DNA of 63,840 nucleotides, counting the filler, from Octopus bimaculoides (lineage: Eukaryota), in NCBI RefSeq assembly GCF_001194135.2. It is 5 parts of 5 records of this genome, joined end to end, with 100 filler letters (N's around TTAATTAATTAA, not from the genome) between each part and the next. Parts side by side here need not be neighbours in the genome. Positions count along the whole stretch, not along the records: positions 34,152 to 60,389 come from NC_068991.1; 4 more parts are not named here. One strand, given 5' to 3'. Made by a program: the position numbers and the translations under genes. Shown one piece after another: positions 38,229 to 51,022 of the stretch (position 1 is the stretch's first letter; each line of letters begins with the position of its first letter). Under the pieces are notes generated by a model, which was not told the origin of the DNA, made no database searches, and saw only the letters and a program-made list of their open reading frames with translations.

Positions 38229-38634
38229 NNNNNNNNNNNNNNNNNNNNNNNNNNNNNNNNNNNNNNNNNNNNNNNNNNNNNNNNNNNNNNNNNNNNNNNN
38301 NNNNNNNNNNNNNNNNNNNNNNNNNNNNNNNNNNNNNNNNNNNNNNNNNNNNNNNNNNNNNNNNNNNNNNNNNNNNNNNNNNNNNNNNNNNNNNNNNNNN
38401 NNNNNNNNNNNNNNNNNNNNNNNNNNNNNNNNNNNNNNNNNNNNNNNNNNNNNNNNNNNNNNNNNNNNNNNNNNNNNNNNNNNNNNNNNNNNNNNNNNNN
38501 NNNNNNNNNNNNNNNNNNNNNNNNNNNNNNNNNNNNNNNNNNNNNNNNNNNNNNNNNNNNNNNNNNATGTGCTGTAGTGTCCCCCTCTGTGTAATGCCTT
38601 TGTGGCAATTTAAAAGAAATAAAGAAGTTTGCTT

Positions 38635-39030
38635 CCCAGCCATGTGATCTTATGTGTTCAGTCTCACTGCGCAGCACCTTGGGCAAGTGTCTTTCACTAG
38701 GCTCCACGCCGACCAAAGCCTTGTGAGTGGAAGGTAGCCAAAAGCTGAAAAAAAAAACAGACCGTCGTATCTCTCTCTCTCGCTCTTTCTTTTTTCTTTT
38801 TCTTTTTTTTTTCTTTCTTTTTCCTTTCTTTCTCAAATATGTGTGTGTGTTTGCCCTCCACCATCGCTTGGCAACTAATGCTGGTTTGTTTGCGGCCCCA
38901 TAACTTAGTGGTTCTTCAAAACGACAGAATATGTACAAGATATAACATTAAGTCAATTTGTTGGGCTAAACACTTCAAGGTGGAGCCCCCGCATGGCTGA
39001 AATTCAAAGGTTGAAACAAATAAAGGATAA
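38635..39030 (+). mobile_element. SINE family C, degenerate, with internal CT/T-rich tract
   Basis: gcagcaccttgggcaagtgtc...accaaagccttgtgagtgg...ggtggagcccccgcatggc. Confidence 0.65.
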
Positions 39031-39431
39031 AAATATAATCTTGTACAGAAAGTAATGACAAAATATTTTATTGTAAATAATGTAATTGCGTTTCCTTAAT
39101 AATCACTTTTCACAGCAGACTGTTCTTCGAAGCTGGTTGGGTCAGTCAGGGGTTCTTATCTCATTCATTCATTCTCTTATTTCCTTCATTCATATTGTGT
39201 TTACCTTTCGGATAATCTCTGTTGTCTATGATATCTGCTGATTTTAATTAATTCATTTCATAACCAACAAAATAAAAAATAAAAAAAACTTTCACTGCAA
39301 CTCGCATACACCTGCGTCAAGACACATGAACTCGTCACTTTTAAACCACGCATGGCTATTCAACATAATCTTACAGAAAGTTCTAATTAAACGATACTAT
39401 CAATATTTCGTTATTAATATTTTCCCATTAT

Positions 39432-39645
39432 TAAGGTGGTGAGCTGGCAGAAACGTTAGCACGCCGGGCGAACTGCTTAGAGGTATTTCATCTGTCTTTA
39501 CGTTCCAAGTTCAAATTCCACTGAGGTCGACTTTGCCTTTCATCCTTTTGGGGTCAATAAATTAAGTACCATTTGTGTACTGGGGTCGATCTAATCGACT
39601 GGCCCCCTCCTTCAAAATTCTGGGCCTTGTGCTTAGAGTAGAAAA
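39432..39645 (+). mobile_element. SINE family A, full length
   Basis: ttaaggtggtgagctggcagaaacg...ggccttgtgcttagagtagaaaa. Confidence 0.85.
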
Positions 39646-39819
39646 AAAAAAGAATATTTTCCCGTTATTTTCTATACTATACAGATAAAATGTTGTTTCG
39701 GAATCTAAGGTTGAAAGCATTATCAGGAGTATTCGAAGAAAATAACTGCCAGGCATTATAACGAGAACAAACGCGCTCTAATTATTAAATACATATAGAA
39801 ATTCTTTATACTTCGTCCC

Positions 39820-39945
39820 GAAGTCGTCATATTCCGTCTGGATTCGTCGTATCTTGTCTTGAATTCACCACATTTCCATTATGAATTCGTCAGATTTCGT
39901 GCTGAATTCGTCATATTCCGTGATGAAATCAGCATATTTCTTTCA
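39820..39945. repeat. Degenerate ~21-bp tandem repeat (about 6 units)
   Basis: Units resemble AATTCGTCATATTCCGTGATG. Confidence 0.65.
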
Positions 39946-39985
39946 AATTTCAAAACGGAAAAGCCGCAATGAAAAGATTAAAAGA

Positions 39986-40016
<31 letters not shown>

Positions 40017-40604
40017 GAGGCAGAGAGGAAGCAACTAGTGAAAGTTGATTAATACTTTATCGAACCGAAAAGGATTAAATAGATATCGGTAGGATTTGAA
40101 CAGAGGCCAGAGAGACGCAACAATTATCACAATGCATTTTTTCCGGCGCTCTCGTTACTCTACCAATTTGATACTAATTTGAATCAATGAATGATAAATG
40201 CGACTCAGTAACGTGCTTCAGATTTTGTAACGCTGTCTTACATTTCTCCGGTCATAGGAACAAACTGTCCAGCATAGAGAGGTAGGCTTAGAATCAGCTA
40301 CAATCAGCAACGGCTTGTTGAAGCAGGGCGATGAATGAAATATTGATATAAAGAAAACTGTTGAATGAAATATCGGTTTCAAATTTTGGCACAAGGGCAG
40401 GGATTCCGAAGCTGGTACTTATTTTATTGACCCCGGAAGGATGAAAGGCAAAATCGACTCCTGCAGCATTTGAAATCAGAACGTAATGACGCTATGCATT
40501 TTTCCCGGCGCGGTAACGATTCTGCTAGCGCCAGGAAAAGAATTGAATAAAATATTGATAAGACACCAATTTACTGGGGAGGCGTCAAATGAACCGATAT
40601 TGTA

Positions 40605-41445
40605 CAAGGTACATTCTAAAAGTTTTCAGACAGTTTCAGAAGAGAAATTTATTAATCTCAAAGAAGTACAAAACTCTAATCTCCTTGAAGGTGTCCAGGA
40701 CCCTTGTCACAACCGCCTTCATCTTCTCAATGTCTTCAAAACAACTGCCCCTGTGAACCTCCTTTAGCTTGGGGAAGAACCAAAAGTCACAGGGAGCAAG
40801 GACTGGACTGTAGGGAGGGTGAGGAACAGTTTTGATTTCCATCTCTATCAAGTAGTTGTTTACTAGGATACTCGTCACTGAGTACTCTGGGACAAACTTT
40901 GCACAAACTTGGTAAATATTTATCTCTTCATGAACAATTCTATTTATCTCTTCATGAACATCAACTCCAGATTGTATGCTTGTTGTCTTTATAGTCGCGC
41001 AACAGTTTTTATCCTGAAAATAGCGAACTTTCTCAATCAATTCGAATGTTCAGAACTTCCTCTCTCTCCCACACCTATCATCGTCTCTCACCTCCGCTCT
41101 ACCGTCCTTGAACTTCTTTTGCCAGTGAAAAACATGTGCTCTGCTCATACAAGTTAATCCATAAACATTCTGGAAGATTACATAAGTTTCTGCAGCGTTT
41201 TTGCCCGGTTTAGCATTGTCTTCACGTCTCAAATGCATTCTGCAAATAAGTCAGCTGTGACAAGCAGTGTTTAGTAGGATGTGTTCAAAGCTCTGTTACA
41301 GCTGTCTACTTCAATCTAGAATATCAAAAATTAGCTGGTTAGCTTATTAGATTTATAGTAATGATACATTAAAATTACAATAATGTAGGACAGTTAAAAC
41401 TGCACCCCACCACCAAAAGAGTCAAAACTTTTGAAATGCACCTCG
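40605..41445 (-). mobile_element. Internally deleted mariner element
   Basis: TA-flanked TIR-like ends CAAGGTACATTCTAAAAG (40605) and CTTTTGAAATGCACCTCG (to 41445); minus-strand peptides KNAAETYVIFQNVYG..CMSRAHVFHWQKKFKDGRAEVRDDDRCGR and HPPYSPVLAPCDFWFFPKLK (YSPDLAPxDF motif). Confidence 0.8.
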
Positions 41446-41624
41446 TACATGACTGGTTCTAAATTTATCGATTCAGGTAGCTTGGAAGGCAAAATCTACT
41501 CCAGCAATATTTGAACTCTTAATGCTGAAGGTTGAAACTAAATACTGAAAGATATGTATTATTACCTTACTGTTCTGCTGTACGACCTATCATCTCGTTT
41601 TTTCTAGTTATTGAATTGGTTGAA

Positions 41625-41897
41625 GGTGTGTGGCCTAGTAGTTAAGATGTTGCACTCAAAATTGTAAGATCGTGGTTTCGATTCCTGGACTGGACTGTGT
41701 GTTCTGTTCTTGAGCAGAAACACTTCATTTCACATTACTCTTGTCCACTCAGCTATAAATGAGTTCCAGCAATAGCTGGGAAGTTAACGCCGCACCCCAT
41801 TCAGGGGATAGGGAGCGTGGTATTCTCAACCACTTATTCGCCATGGAGACCAGGCTAAGCTGGTACCTTATGAGTCTTTGGGCTCATGACAGACGTT
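41625..41897 (+). mobile_element. SINE family D
   Basis: See 36466-36700. Confidence 0.7.
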
Positions 41898-42987
41898 AAT
41901 TTTTTGGACTGGTCTAGAGAAGGGTCTGTGCCAATAACATTTCCAGATTCCTCCAGAGGTTGATGCTTTGATATCCATATACAATCAGCTCGCTAAACGA
42001 AATATTGAATAACGGACGGTTTTTCTGAAGAAAATTAAATCCACACAACAAACTGAAATTTGATCAAGGAACCACAAGCGGACTAGCACGCGTATAAGTG
42101 CTGAAAGAGCGTGTACAAAATGTTCGTTAACATCCATGTTCGTTAAAAAAATTTCATGTTATCTGCAAATTCTCATGTTTTTTGTAAAAACATAACCATA
42201 AATCTACAGAGGCAAAAACAAAAGGAAAAATGCACACACACGAAGTTGATAAAGTTATATATAATAGCATGTAAATACTGAGTTAAGAGTTCTTTGGGAT
42301 AGACGTCGAAGGTTGTCCGTGTGCAGCCATTGAATTTTACTATCAAAAAATATTTTAAACTTAATATTTACTTGCTATTTTTATTACTCTACTTCTAGTT
42401 CTACAGTTAAAATCGAATTACACACACACACACACACACACACACATATGATACATACATATATATAGGTGTGTGCACGCGCGAGTTTATGTGTAAGCAC
42501 ATATCTTTACATGAAGTACATATCTCTACATGAAGTACGCACATATCTTTACATGAAGTACACCACAGCCTTATATTTCCGGTATTATCTAAAGAGTAGT
42601 CAAAGGAGATTCATTTCTCCTCGCTGATATGTTAATTTAACGCTTATTAACTTTTCACGCAAATATCCACCATCAAGTTTTTGTTTTTTCTTATGAGGAA
42701 AATAAAAATTACTATCATCGAAGAGAATATACGTCCGCTTTAGGCGAAATTCCGTATTATATTCTCTGTATATTGACCTGCTTCGTATTCTTGTTAAATT
42801 TGATTGTTATAATCCACAATAATCTACATATCTTTGGTATAGTTTAAAGTGTGTTCATGATTACTTTATATCGCTGCCTGTCATCCTGGCTCTTCCTGAC
42901 CTCTTTTAAGTAATATTTCTAAGAAATCTAGTTGCTCTCCTCCTCCATGTTATTTATTTTCATTGTAGGAATGCCAGGTTTTATAAT

Positions 42988-43203
42988 ATTCATTTCTACT
43001 CTAGGCACAACGCCCGAAATTTTTGGGGAGAGCGTCAGTCGATTTGGTCGACCCCAGTACGCAATTGGTACTTAATTTATCGACTATGAAAGGATGAAAA
43101 GCAAAGCCAACCTCGGCAGAATTTGAACTCAGAACATAAAGACAGATGAAATACCGCTAAGTATTTCGCCCGGCGTGCTAACGATTCTGCTAGCCTGCCG
43201 CCT
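42988..43203 (-). mobile_element. SINE family A, full length
   Basis: Family consensus. Confidence 0.85.
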
Positions 43204-44169
43204 TTAGAGTTTATAATATTGTTAAACAATGGTCTTATCAGTTATTGTGTTATTATTGTTGTTGTTTAGCCCTCGGTCACCCCTGATCAGGCAGCTTTGT
43301 ATGTGGTGAACCACGACATTCCATCTTTTTATTGTAATGAAAATAATTGAATCCTCATCGTTGAACGACAGTGATACACCACTACCATGTGTGTGTGTGT
43401 GTGTGTGCATGCGCGCGCGCTTATATTGTGCCTGTGTATTTGTGCGTGCATACCAGTTTCTCGGTGTGTGCATGCACACGCGCACGTCTGTAGGCCAAAC
43501 CGAATGGTTAAGATCGCTTCGCAATCATAATGACCTGGGTTCAATTCCGTTGAAAGCTATCTAAGGTAAGTACCTTTCGACTGAAGGTTCGTGAATGCAA
43601 TTGGTTTGACGGAAACTGTGTAGAAACTTGTTGGATGTATTGTAACAGTCTTATCAAACACTGTGCACCATGTCAGGCTCCTTCTGCACGGTAATAGCGT
43701 TAAACATACACATGTCTTTGGAATAGTCAGCCACTTACATTATAATTCAATAAGCAAGTAGTGCAGGTGATCAAACAACCAGAACACTCATCGTCGAAAC
43801 TAACGGAAGATCTTTTTAGTTTGTCTCTGTATGTTCATATTCTTTAAATAAGTTAACGTACTTGATCTATCTTAGTTTTAATTATTCCTGTTTGGAGGTA
43901 GTTTCCAATTTAATTTCCAGTTTTTGTTCTATCACGTCCCCTCCTCTTCCTCCCTCTACTCACACTGCTCTACTCTTTTTTGATATCCTTATACCCCTTT
44001 TAACTTTTCAGTTTCTTTATTTCCCGCTATACACACACACACACATAGAGAAAAAGGCATATTGAAAGATAGACACACAAACACAAACACACACACACAT
44101 AGATATATATTACGTCATATGTCAACAAACATAAGTTTGTTTTTGAAGCGTTGAAATGTATTGTAGAAC

Positions 44170-44343
44170 AAGTAGAAAGATAAATTTTATTCAACACGTA
44201 AACACTGAACAGTATATATAAAGGATAAAATCCTTTTACGAGCAGAAAAATTTGCCGACATATTTTTCTGTTCTTAAAAGGATTTTATCCTTTATATATA
44301 CTGTTCAGTATTTACGTGTTCAATAAAATTTATCTTACTACTT
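44170..44343. repeat. Near-perfect 174-bp palindrome (hairpin MITE)
   Basis: Arms 44170-44251 and 44262-44343, about 5 mismatches in 82 bp, 10-nt loop. Confidence 0.85.
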
Positions 44344-44459
44344 AATATATATGTACAAAATATTCTATAATTATATACATAATTGTAATAATTTACCTAA
44401 AAGGTTTTTTTTACGTACTGACTACTTGGTAAAATTATTACTAATTTTATCCTATATTA

Positions 44460-44495
<36 letters not shown>

Positions 44496-44498
<3 letters not shown>

Positions 44499-44728
44499 GG
44501 CTGGCCAAAAGTCACTCGACAGTAAATCAAAGTTTCATAAACACTATCTGTAATTCTGCATTGACTCGAATGGAAAAATGTGTCGCTCAAGAAGGACTTC
44601 AGTTTGAACAATTTTCATGATGTTTTATATTTAGATGCTTTTATTAAATTCATTCAGTTGTTTAACATGAATAAATATTGGAATTAAATGGTTTTGATTT
44701 ACTGTCAGGTGACTTATGGTCAACCCTG
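44496..44728. mobile_element. Tc1/mariner-derived MITE
   Basis: TIRs CAGGGCTGGCCAAAAGTCACTCGACAGTAAA / TTTACTGTCAGGTGACTTATGGTCAACCCTG, TA on the right flank; internal remnant KCVAQEGLQFEQFS* resembles a transposase C-terminus. Confidence 0.75.
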
Positions 44729-44849
44729 TATATTATAAATGGAGATTTTTACGAAAATTATTTTGTTTGTACAATTCCGTTACTGCATTGAATGATTGTA
44801 GAAGGAAGGTATAAGCTCCGTATATTACTAACATCTCTGTATTATTAAA

Positions 44850-45030
44850 ACTGCAAAAACAAAGTGGTGTGTTGGATTCCTGGCTGTAAGATTGCGGTTT
44901 CGATTCCAGGACCAGGCGACGCATTGAGCAAGAACACTTCAGTTCATGTTGCTTCGGTTCATTCAGTCGGAAATAATGAGTTATCCTGCTACGGACCGGC
45001 GTCCCGTTCATGGGGTGAACATATGAGTCT
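44850..45030 (+). mobile_element. SINE family D, degenerate
   Basis: gtaagattgcggtttcgattcc...cacttcagttcatgttgcttcggttcattcag. Confidence 0.6.
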
Positions 45031-45519
45031 ATATGAATCGGGAAGGATTTTTATCCTTTATTATTCAAACTGAAATAAGAGTCTGATGCTCTATCAACTG
45101 AAAGGGTAAGGTCGCGCGACCTGAAAGAAACAGCAGCAATAAACTGCATTAGATAACATGCTTTGCCTACGTTCTGCATTTAAATCTGACCGAGATCAAC
45201 CTTGTCTTTCATCCTTTTGGGGTCAATAAGAAGTGCTAATCCAAGAAGGTGGATTGGTGAAACTGTAAGAACATAGGAATGGATGCCTTGCTGTATTTAT
45301 TCCGGCCCTTTCCGTTCTGTGTTCAACTCCTGCCCTAACCTAGTTGGGTGGTAGACTTTACGTTTCACCTAGTTTAACACCCTCGTTGCAAGCATTCGAG
45401 TCAGTTTTCCCGTTTTTAGAATACTTTCTTCCTTCCTTCCCTCCCACCAGTCTTGAAGGCTCTGTAAATGTTATGGACTCAGACGTGATTCCTGGACTAA
45501 AAGGTAAAACAAACTGTAG

Positions 45520-46400
45520 TCCAGATACATCAACGGCATCATCCAACTCCAACGATACAATGCATATCTTGTCTTTTCAAAAGCACAAACACTATATTTA
45601 TCATTAAAATAATATCATTCTTACCTCGTTGAATATGATCAGCGCCCAGGTGCAAACTTTAAGGTCTCTGCAAATGCTAATTCTCACTATAAATGAGGTT
45701 CACGAACCCCCGTGAGTCAGAGTGGCTGTTCTAGCGAATCTCTCTCTGGGGCAACGCCTTTTCTGTTTTGTCTGCTGGGGCCATGATGCGGTCTGAATTA
45801 CAGGAAATTGTACGTTCCACTCCTTAATATAAAGTTACTTCATAGAAATTACTCTATTAAATTCTCATTTACAGAGATTAGCCTATGTCTGAGATTCCCT
45901 TTCACATTTATTGTTTGCTTAGTGAAATTCACTTGACCACCACTGAAAATCTATTCTGACAAGCAGACATTAATATATCAAAGACTGCATCATCTCTAAG
46001 ATTGGCCTTCCTCATCATAACCAGAAAATACCTCAGTAACCGACAACAACTCGCCTTCTACAGTAGGTTCTACAATAAAATACTGTTCCAACCTTTGGAA
46101 TGGTGCTGTTGCTACATACAAAGACATTCCAGATAGAATTTAGAGAAAGTCAACGCGATTGTGTTTAAACGTAGAGATCCGCAGGTAGCTGAAGAGACTA
46201 AACCATGTTGAAACATCGGTGTCTCAAAGTCTTCTGCATAATTGAGTTCTGTGTATTATCAGCACACATCGACTAAAAGGAGTTGTTCTCTGAAGGGGAA
46301 ATACAACTGCGATTCGCATATTTCCGTTCAAACCTGCCGGAACGTGTTAAGAACGAATAGGTGCATTATTGATAATATGACTTTTATGAATTTGTGAAGG
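45520..46400 (+). pseudogene. Degenerate LINE ORF2 RT C-terminal region (CR1/L2/Jockey group)
   Basis: ISKTASSLRLAFLIITRKYLS...AFY and YCSNLWNGAVATYKDIPDRI*RKSTRL resemble the IAKxAxxKLGFL..R / EYCSxxW..LDRIQxKAxRL blocks of these LINEs. Confidence 0.55.
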
Positions 46401-46925
46401 GTAGTTGGCAAAATAAATGAAATGGAATGGAAAATATCAGAAATACCTACATTATTTATGCAAATAATGTCAGCGCTAGGTACACGGTTTCAAGGATATT
46501 GAAAAAATTGCATTCTTCCCTTGAATTGTTCAAAGCAGGAGTCTGCAAAATACCCAAAATATTAAAATACTGAATCTCCAAGTGAGAACATCATGTCACT
46601 AAATATTCCGTAATACAATTTACAAGTTTTGCTGATATCGACAGAGAAAATTTTGCTTCTAAAAAAATTATTAAAAGATAACATATCTATTTCGAAACTA
46701 TGGAATTCATTTAAATCTGTTTTCAATTCAAAAGAAAGAAAGTAATTTAAAGGACAAGATATTCTGAAATGTCCTTTTCTCTCTCTGCTGAAATGCTAGG
46801 AATTCCTGGAGTGTTTCTGAAAGTTATATCTTTAGAAATAGGTGCGGAATCGCCTTAAAGCAAAATGTTAAGAGCGAATAATTTGTATGATCGCAAAACA
46901 TTGCCCATAATTTCACAAAACGTGT

Positions 46926-46975
<50 letters not shown>

Positions 46976-47001
46976 GTCCGCTTACTTTAAGCGCGCGCGC
47001 A

Positions 47002-47040
<39 letters not shown>

Positions 47041-47412
47041 ACATTGAAACTTGCTGCAACTTTTTTTTTTACTGAAGACTTGATTTCTTGTTTATTAGTT
47101 GTCGATTTTTTATAGATGGATATTTATTTATTTATTTTATTTATTTACTTTCTTTTACCCTCTACAAATCACCCAAACATCCTTCATTGTCAAAAGTTAT
47201 TGGAGCAAAATACAATTATAATTACATCTTTAAATCTAATCATTTTTTAAAATCACTAATTATGACAGCATATGTTACTTTTTGATAAACAACCGATAAA
47301 TCGAGCCTATAATACAGGTTCAATTCCTGTTTGAGTCCTTTTCACTTACTCTATTTATGTACCATTTCTGTTTCTTGTCAACATCCTGACATCAGGCAAG
47401 ATGGAAGACAAA

Positions 47413-47647
47413 GACGGTGAGCTGGCAGAAATGTTAGCACCCCTGGCGAAATGCTTAGCGGTATTTCGTCTGCCATTACGTTCTGAATTCAAATTCCGCC
47501 GAGGTCGACTTAGCCTTTCATCCTTTTGGGGTCGATTAAATAAGTACCAGTTACGCACTGGGGTCGATGTAATCGACTTAATCCCTCTCTCTGTCCTTGC
47601 TTGTCTCTTCTATGTTTAGCCCCTTATGGGCAATAAAGAAATAAGAA
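47413..47647 (+). mobile_element. SINE family A, full length, 10-bp TSD
   Basis: GGAAGACAAA at 47403-47412 and 47648-47657. Confidence 0.9.
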
Positions 47648-48097
47648 GGAAGACAAATTTCACATCGGCGTGATATGACACAACTGAATCTGGATTACAT
47701 GACAAATGTTACACAAATATGAAGCTGCATTACTCACAGCTGAAGCACAGTAAAACTGAGGAATATTCCATTAGCTCATTCAAAATCTCCTGTAGGTGGA
47801 ACTTCGAAGAGAGGATGGATCACATTCAAAGATTAGTTCTTTTTCGTAGACGGTTATTTTTACATTAGTCTTAAGTTGACTGAATGACCAAATGTTGATT
47901 GATAATATAACTACAGGGCCATTATTTGGTGACGAGAGGAAGCAATAGCTGTCAGATCAAAGCCCCCTATCTTATTTTACTAACTCTTAACGAATGAAAG
48001 AAAGTCAGCCGTGATGAGATTTGATCTCTGAAAGTAAAGCGTTCTGAAAGGTGTTTTATCCGACACACTATCAATCATATTTTCCATTGCTTAAATA

Positions 48098-48983
48098 CGA
48101 GGTCTGATCAATATCCGGACTGTTGCCATAGTAACGAAGCTAAAGCACACAGAGTGAAGCCGCTTGGCACAGATTGACTTTGGAATCTGTTGTGCATGTA
48201 CACTAAGTCTGAACGTTCCAGCTCACTTTCATGTGTTTACAGCAGTGCTTGGAAGGAAAGTGTGTAGCGTGTGATCGTCGCATTGACCATGAGAAAGTTG
48301 TCATGACAATACCTGCTCAGAGGCCCATGCAAAGTTGCAGAAAGTGTATGGAAAGGAGTGTATGATCCGCATACAAGTGTACGAGTGACTCAGAGGTTTC
48401 CAAGATGACCAAAAAAATGTTGATATTGACGAAATTCTCGGAGATCCACGACCAGCAGAACTGAGAAAAAACATCGCAGATGTGCGTGCAGCTGTGAGGG
48501 GAAATCGTCGAATAACCATCCGTGAGTTATCAGAGAATGTGCAGATTAGTTACGGTTCAGTTCAGTCTATTATCACTGAAGATTTGGGTATAAGACGCGT
48601 GTCTGCCAAGTTTGTGCCAAAACTGCTTTCAGCTGACCAAAAAGATACTGGGGTTTCAGTTGCACAAGATTCCCTTGATTGTGACAAGAACGATGAAAAC
48701 CCTTTGAAACTTTGCATAAACCTTTGAGCAGTTACCACCGAGCTTTTTGGCAAAATTTGATGCATATTCTCTGGTGAACTTTCTCTGGCATGGTCAATAC
48801 GACGATCACACGCTACACACGTTACCTCCAAGCACTGCTGTAAACAGCGGAAGTAAGCTAGGCCATTAAGACTTAGTGCGCATGCACAACAGTTTAAGGT
48901 GAATCTGTATCAAGCGGCTTTACTCTGTGTGCCTTAGCTTTGTTACTATGACAACAGTCCGGATGCTTATTGATCAGGTCACC
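48098..48983. mobile_element. Mariner-derived element with two inverted 5' ends and a truncated transposase N-terminus
   Basis: TA-CGAGGTCTGATCAA TIR at 48096; 48725-48983 is the reverse complement of the first ~260 bp; internal peptide VRGNRRITIRELSENVQISYGSVQSIITEDLGIRRVSAKFVPKLLS (mariner HTH + WVP-like motif). Confidence 0.85.
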
Positions 48984-50151
48984 TATTTATTCATAAGGTA
49001 TGCACAAGAACACATATTTCGAGGGATGGACATAGTTGATTAAATTGACCCTAGTACAATGCTTGATTTTTTAAAAAAAGGAAGAAAAAATGATGATAAT
49101 GGGGAAAGAAACAAAGGAAAAAGACGATTTTAAACTGTGCCTTTAAACGTTCAAATGGTACTGCATGAGAGTAGGTTGAGAAGGAAGTCGAAAAAGAGGA
49201 AGGTGAGAAGGCGGTTGACAAGGAGGTCGAGAAGGAGCTTGAGGAGGAGCTCGAAGAGGAGTTTGAGAAGGAGGAGACAGCAGCAAGGACACTGGCTGTA
49301 CCAGTGGAGGAGAAAGATTTAGGCGGATAACAGCATGAGGGTGAAAAAGCGACACTATCCAAAATGGAGGAGGAGAAGGACAGAGAGAAGATACCAAGAG
49401 TAGAGCAAGGAAAAGGAAAACAATCAAGAAAGGCGAAAAAGTACAGATGGAATTTTGTAACATACGCTAAGAACACAGAAAGTGAGAGAAAAATAGTGAA
49501 ATTCAAATCCATTATAAAGGTGAAGTTACCCACAGATATCTATTCAGAAAATGTGAAGGCTATTGTAGTCGATAAGAAGAGATATAACAGGCTACAAGAA
49601 ATGTGTGGAAGCGGCATTGATCCGCCAGTAGTTGTGGTGGAATTGATGAATTGCCACCAGTGGTAGATTTAAAGGAACTAGAATCATTCATGAGATATTA
49701 AAAAAAGTAAGTAAAATGGTTTCATTAAAAAAGGGGGAAAAAACGATAATAGAAAAAAAAACAAAGGAAAAAAGATGATTTTAAACTGTGCATTCAAACG
49801 TTCAAATGGTACTGCATGAGAGTGGGGCTCATGAAAGCCATTTCATTTGCATTATTATATAACATCTTTTTCATTCACATTCGTTTTGTGTTTTTTGTCC
49901 CCACTGTAGTGTTCTGTCTGTCTTTGTGCTGTCCCCCTGTGTGAATAGCCGCAGTGCCAAAGTAAAGCGAGACTAGGCGTTAATTTTTGTCGTGTGTCGG
50001 TGTTTTCTGTTTTGATCTCTGTTAGACGTGAGTCACATTGTTAATTATTTTTTGAAGGTCACCCCTCGTGGGTGTACCTATGATTATTGATTGTTGAAAT
50101 TGCTGTTACTGTTGTTGAATTGTGTTTGTTTTCGTCCCATTTATAGGAGAC

Positions 50152-51022
50152 ATGGAGAAAGCGCCAGCGGGAAGCCACAGTTATGCGGCAGCAACTGGTA
50201 GAGGAGTAGACGTTGAAGCTTTGGAGGTTCGTGAGGAGAAAGATTTAGGCGGACAACAACATGAGGTTGAAAAAGCGACACTATCCAAAATGGGAGGAAA
50301 AGGACAGAGAAAAGGTACCAAGAGTAGAGCAAGGAAAAGGAAAACAAGCAAGAAAGGCGAAAAAGCACAGATGGAATTTTGTAACATACGCGAAGAACAC
50401 AGAAAGTGAGAAAAAATAATGAAGTTCAAATCCATTATAAGGATAGAGTTACCTACGGATATTTACTCGGAAAATGTGAAGGCTGTTGTTGTCGATGTGG
50501 AGGTGCAATGGCCCAGTGGTTAGGGCAGCGGACTCACGGTCGTAGGATCGCGGTTTCGATTCCCAGACCGGGTGTTGTGAGTGTTTATTGAGCGAAAACA
50601 CCTAAAGCTTCACGAGGCTCCGGCAGGGGAGGGGTGGCGAACCCTGCTTTACTCTTTCACCGTAACTTTCTCTCATTCTATCTTCCTGTTTCTGTTGTAC
50701 CTGTATTTCAAAGGGCCACCTTTGTCACACTGTGTTACGCTGAATATCCCCCGAGAACTACGTTAAGGGTACACGTGTCTGTGGAGTGCTCAGCCACTTA
50801 CACATTAATTTCACGAGCAGGCTGTTCCGTTGATCGGATCAACTGGAACCCTCGTCGTCGTAACCGACGGAGTGCCAACCAACCATTGTTGTCGATAAAG
50901 AGAGCTATAACAAGCTAAAAGAAGTGTGTGAAAGAGGCATTGATCTGCCAGGAGTTATGGTGGAATTTGATGAATTGCCGTCAGTGGTGGAGTTAAAGGA
51001 ACTAGAACTATTTATGAGATAG
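50152..51022 (+). pseudogene. Unrecognised ~157-codon K/E-rich ORF of the tandem unit, frameshifted and SINE-interrupted
   Basis: ATG 50152 to TAG 51020-22; paralogous copy at ~49176-49700; many synonymous differences between copies. Confidence 0.6.
50497..50885 (+). mobile_element. SINE family B, full length, 11-bp TSD, inserted in the ORF above
   Basis: TTGTTGTCGAT at 50486-50496 and 50886-50896; an empty-site equivalent exists at ~49560-49573. Confidence 0.92.

Noticed and set aside
46189-46222. CTGAAGA-GAC..GTT-GAAA-CA..TGTC hammerhead-like string
   Set aside because: No stem I pairing, and it lies inside a LINE RT coding relic; likely chance.
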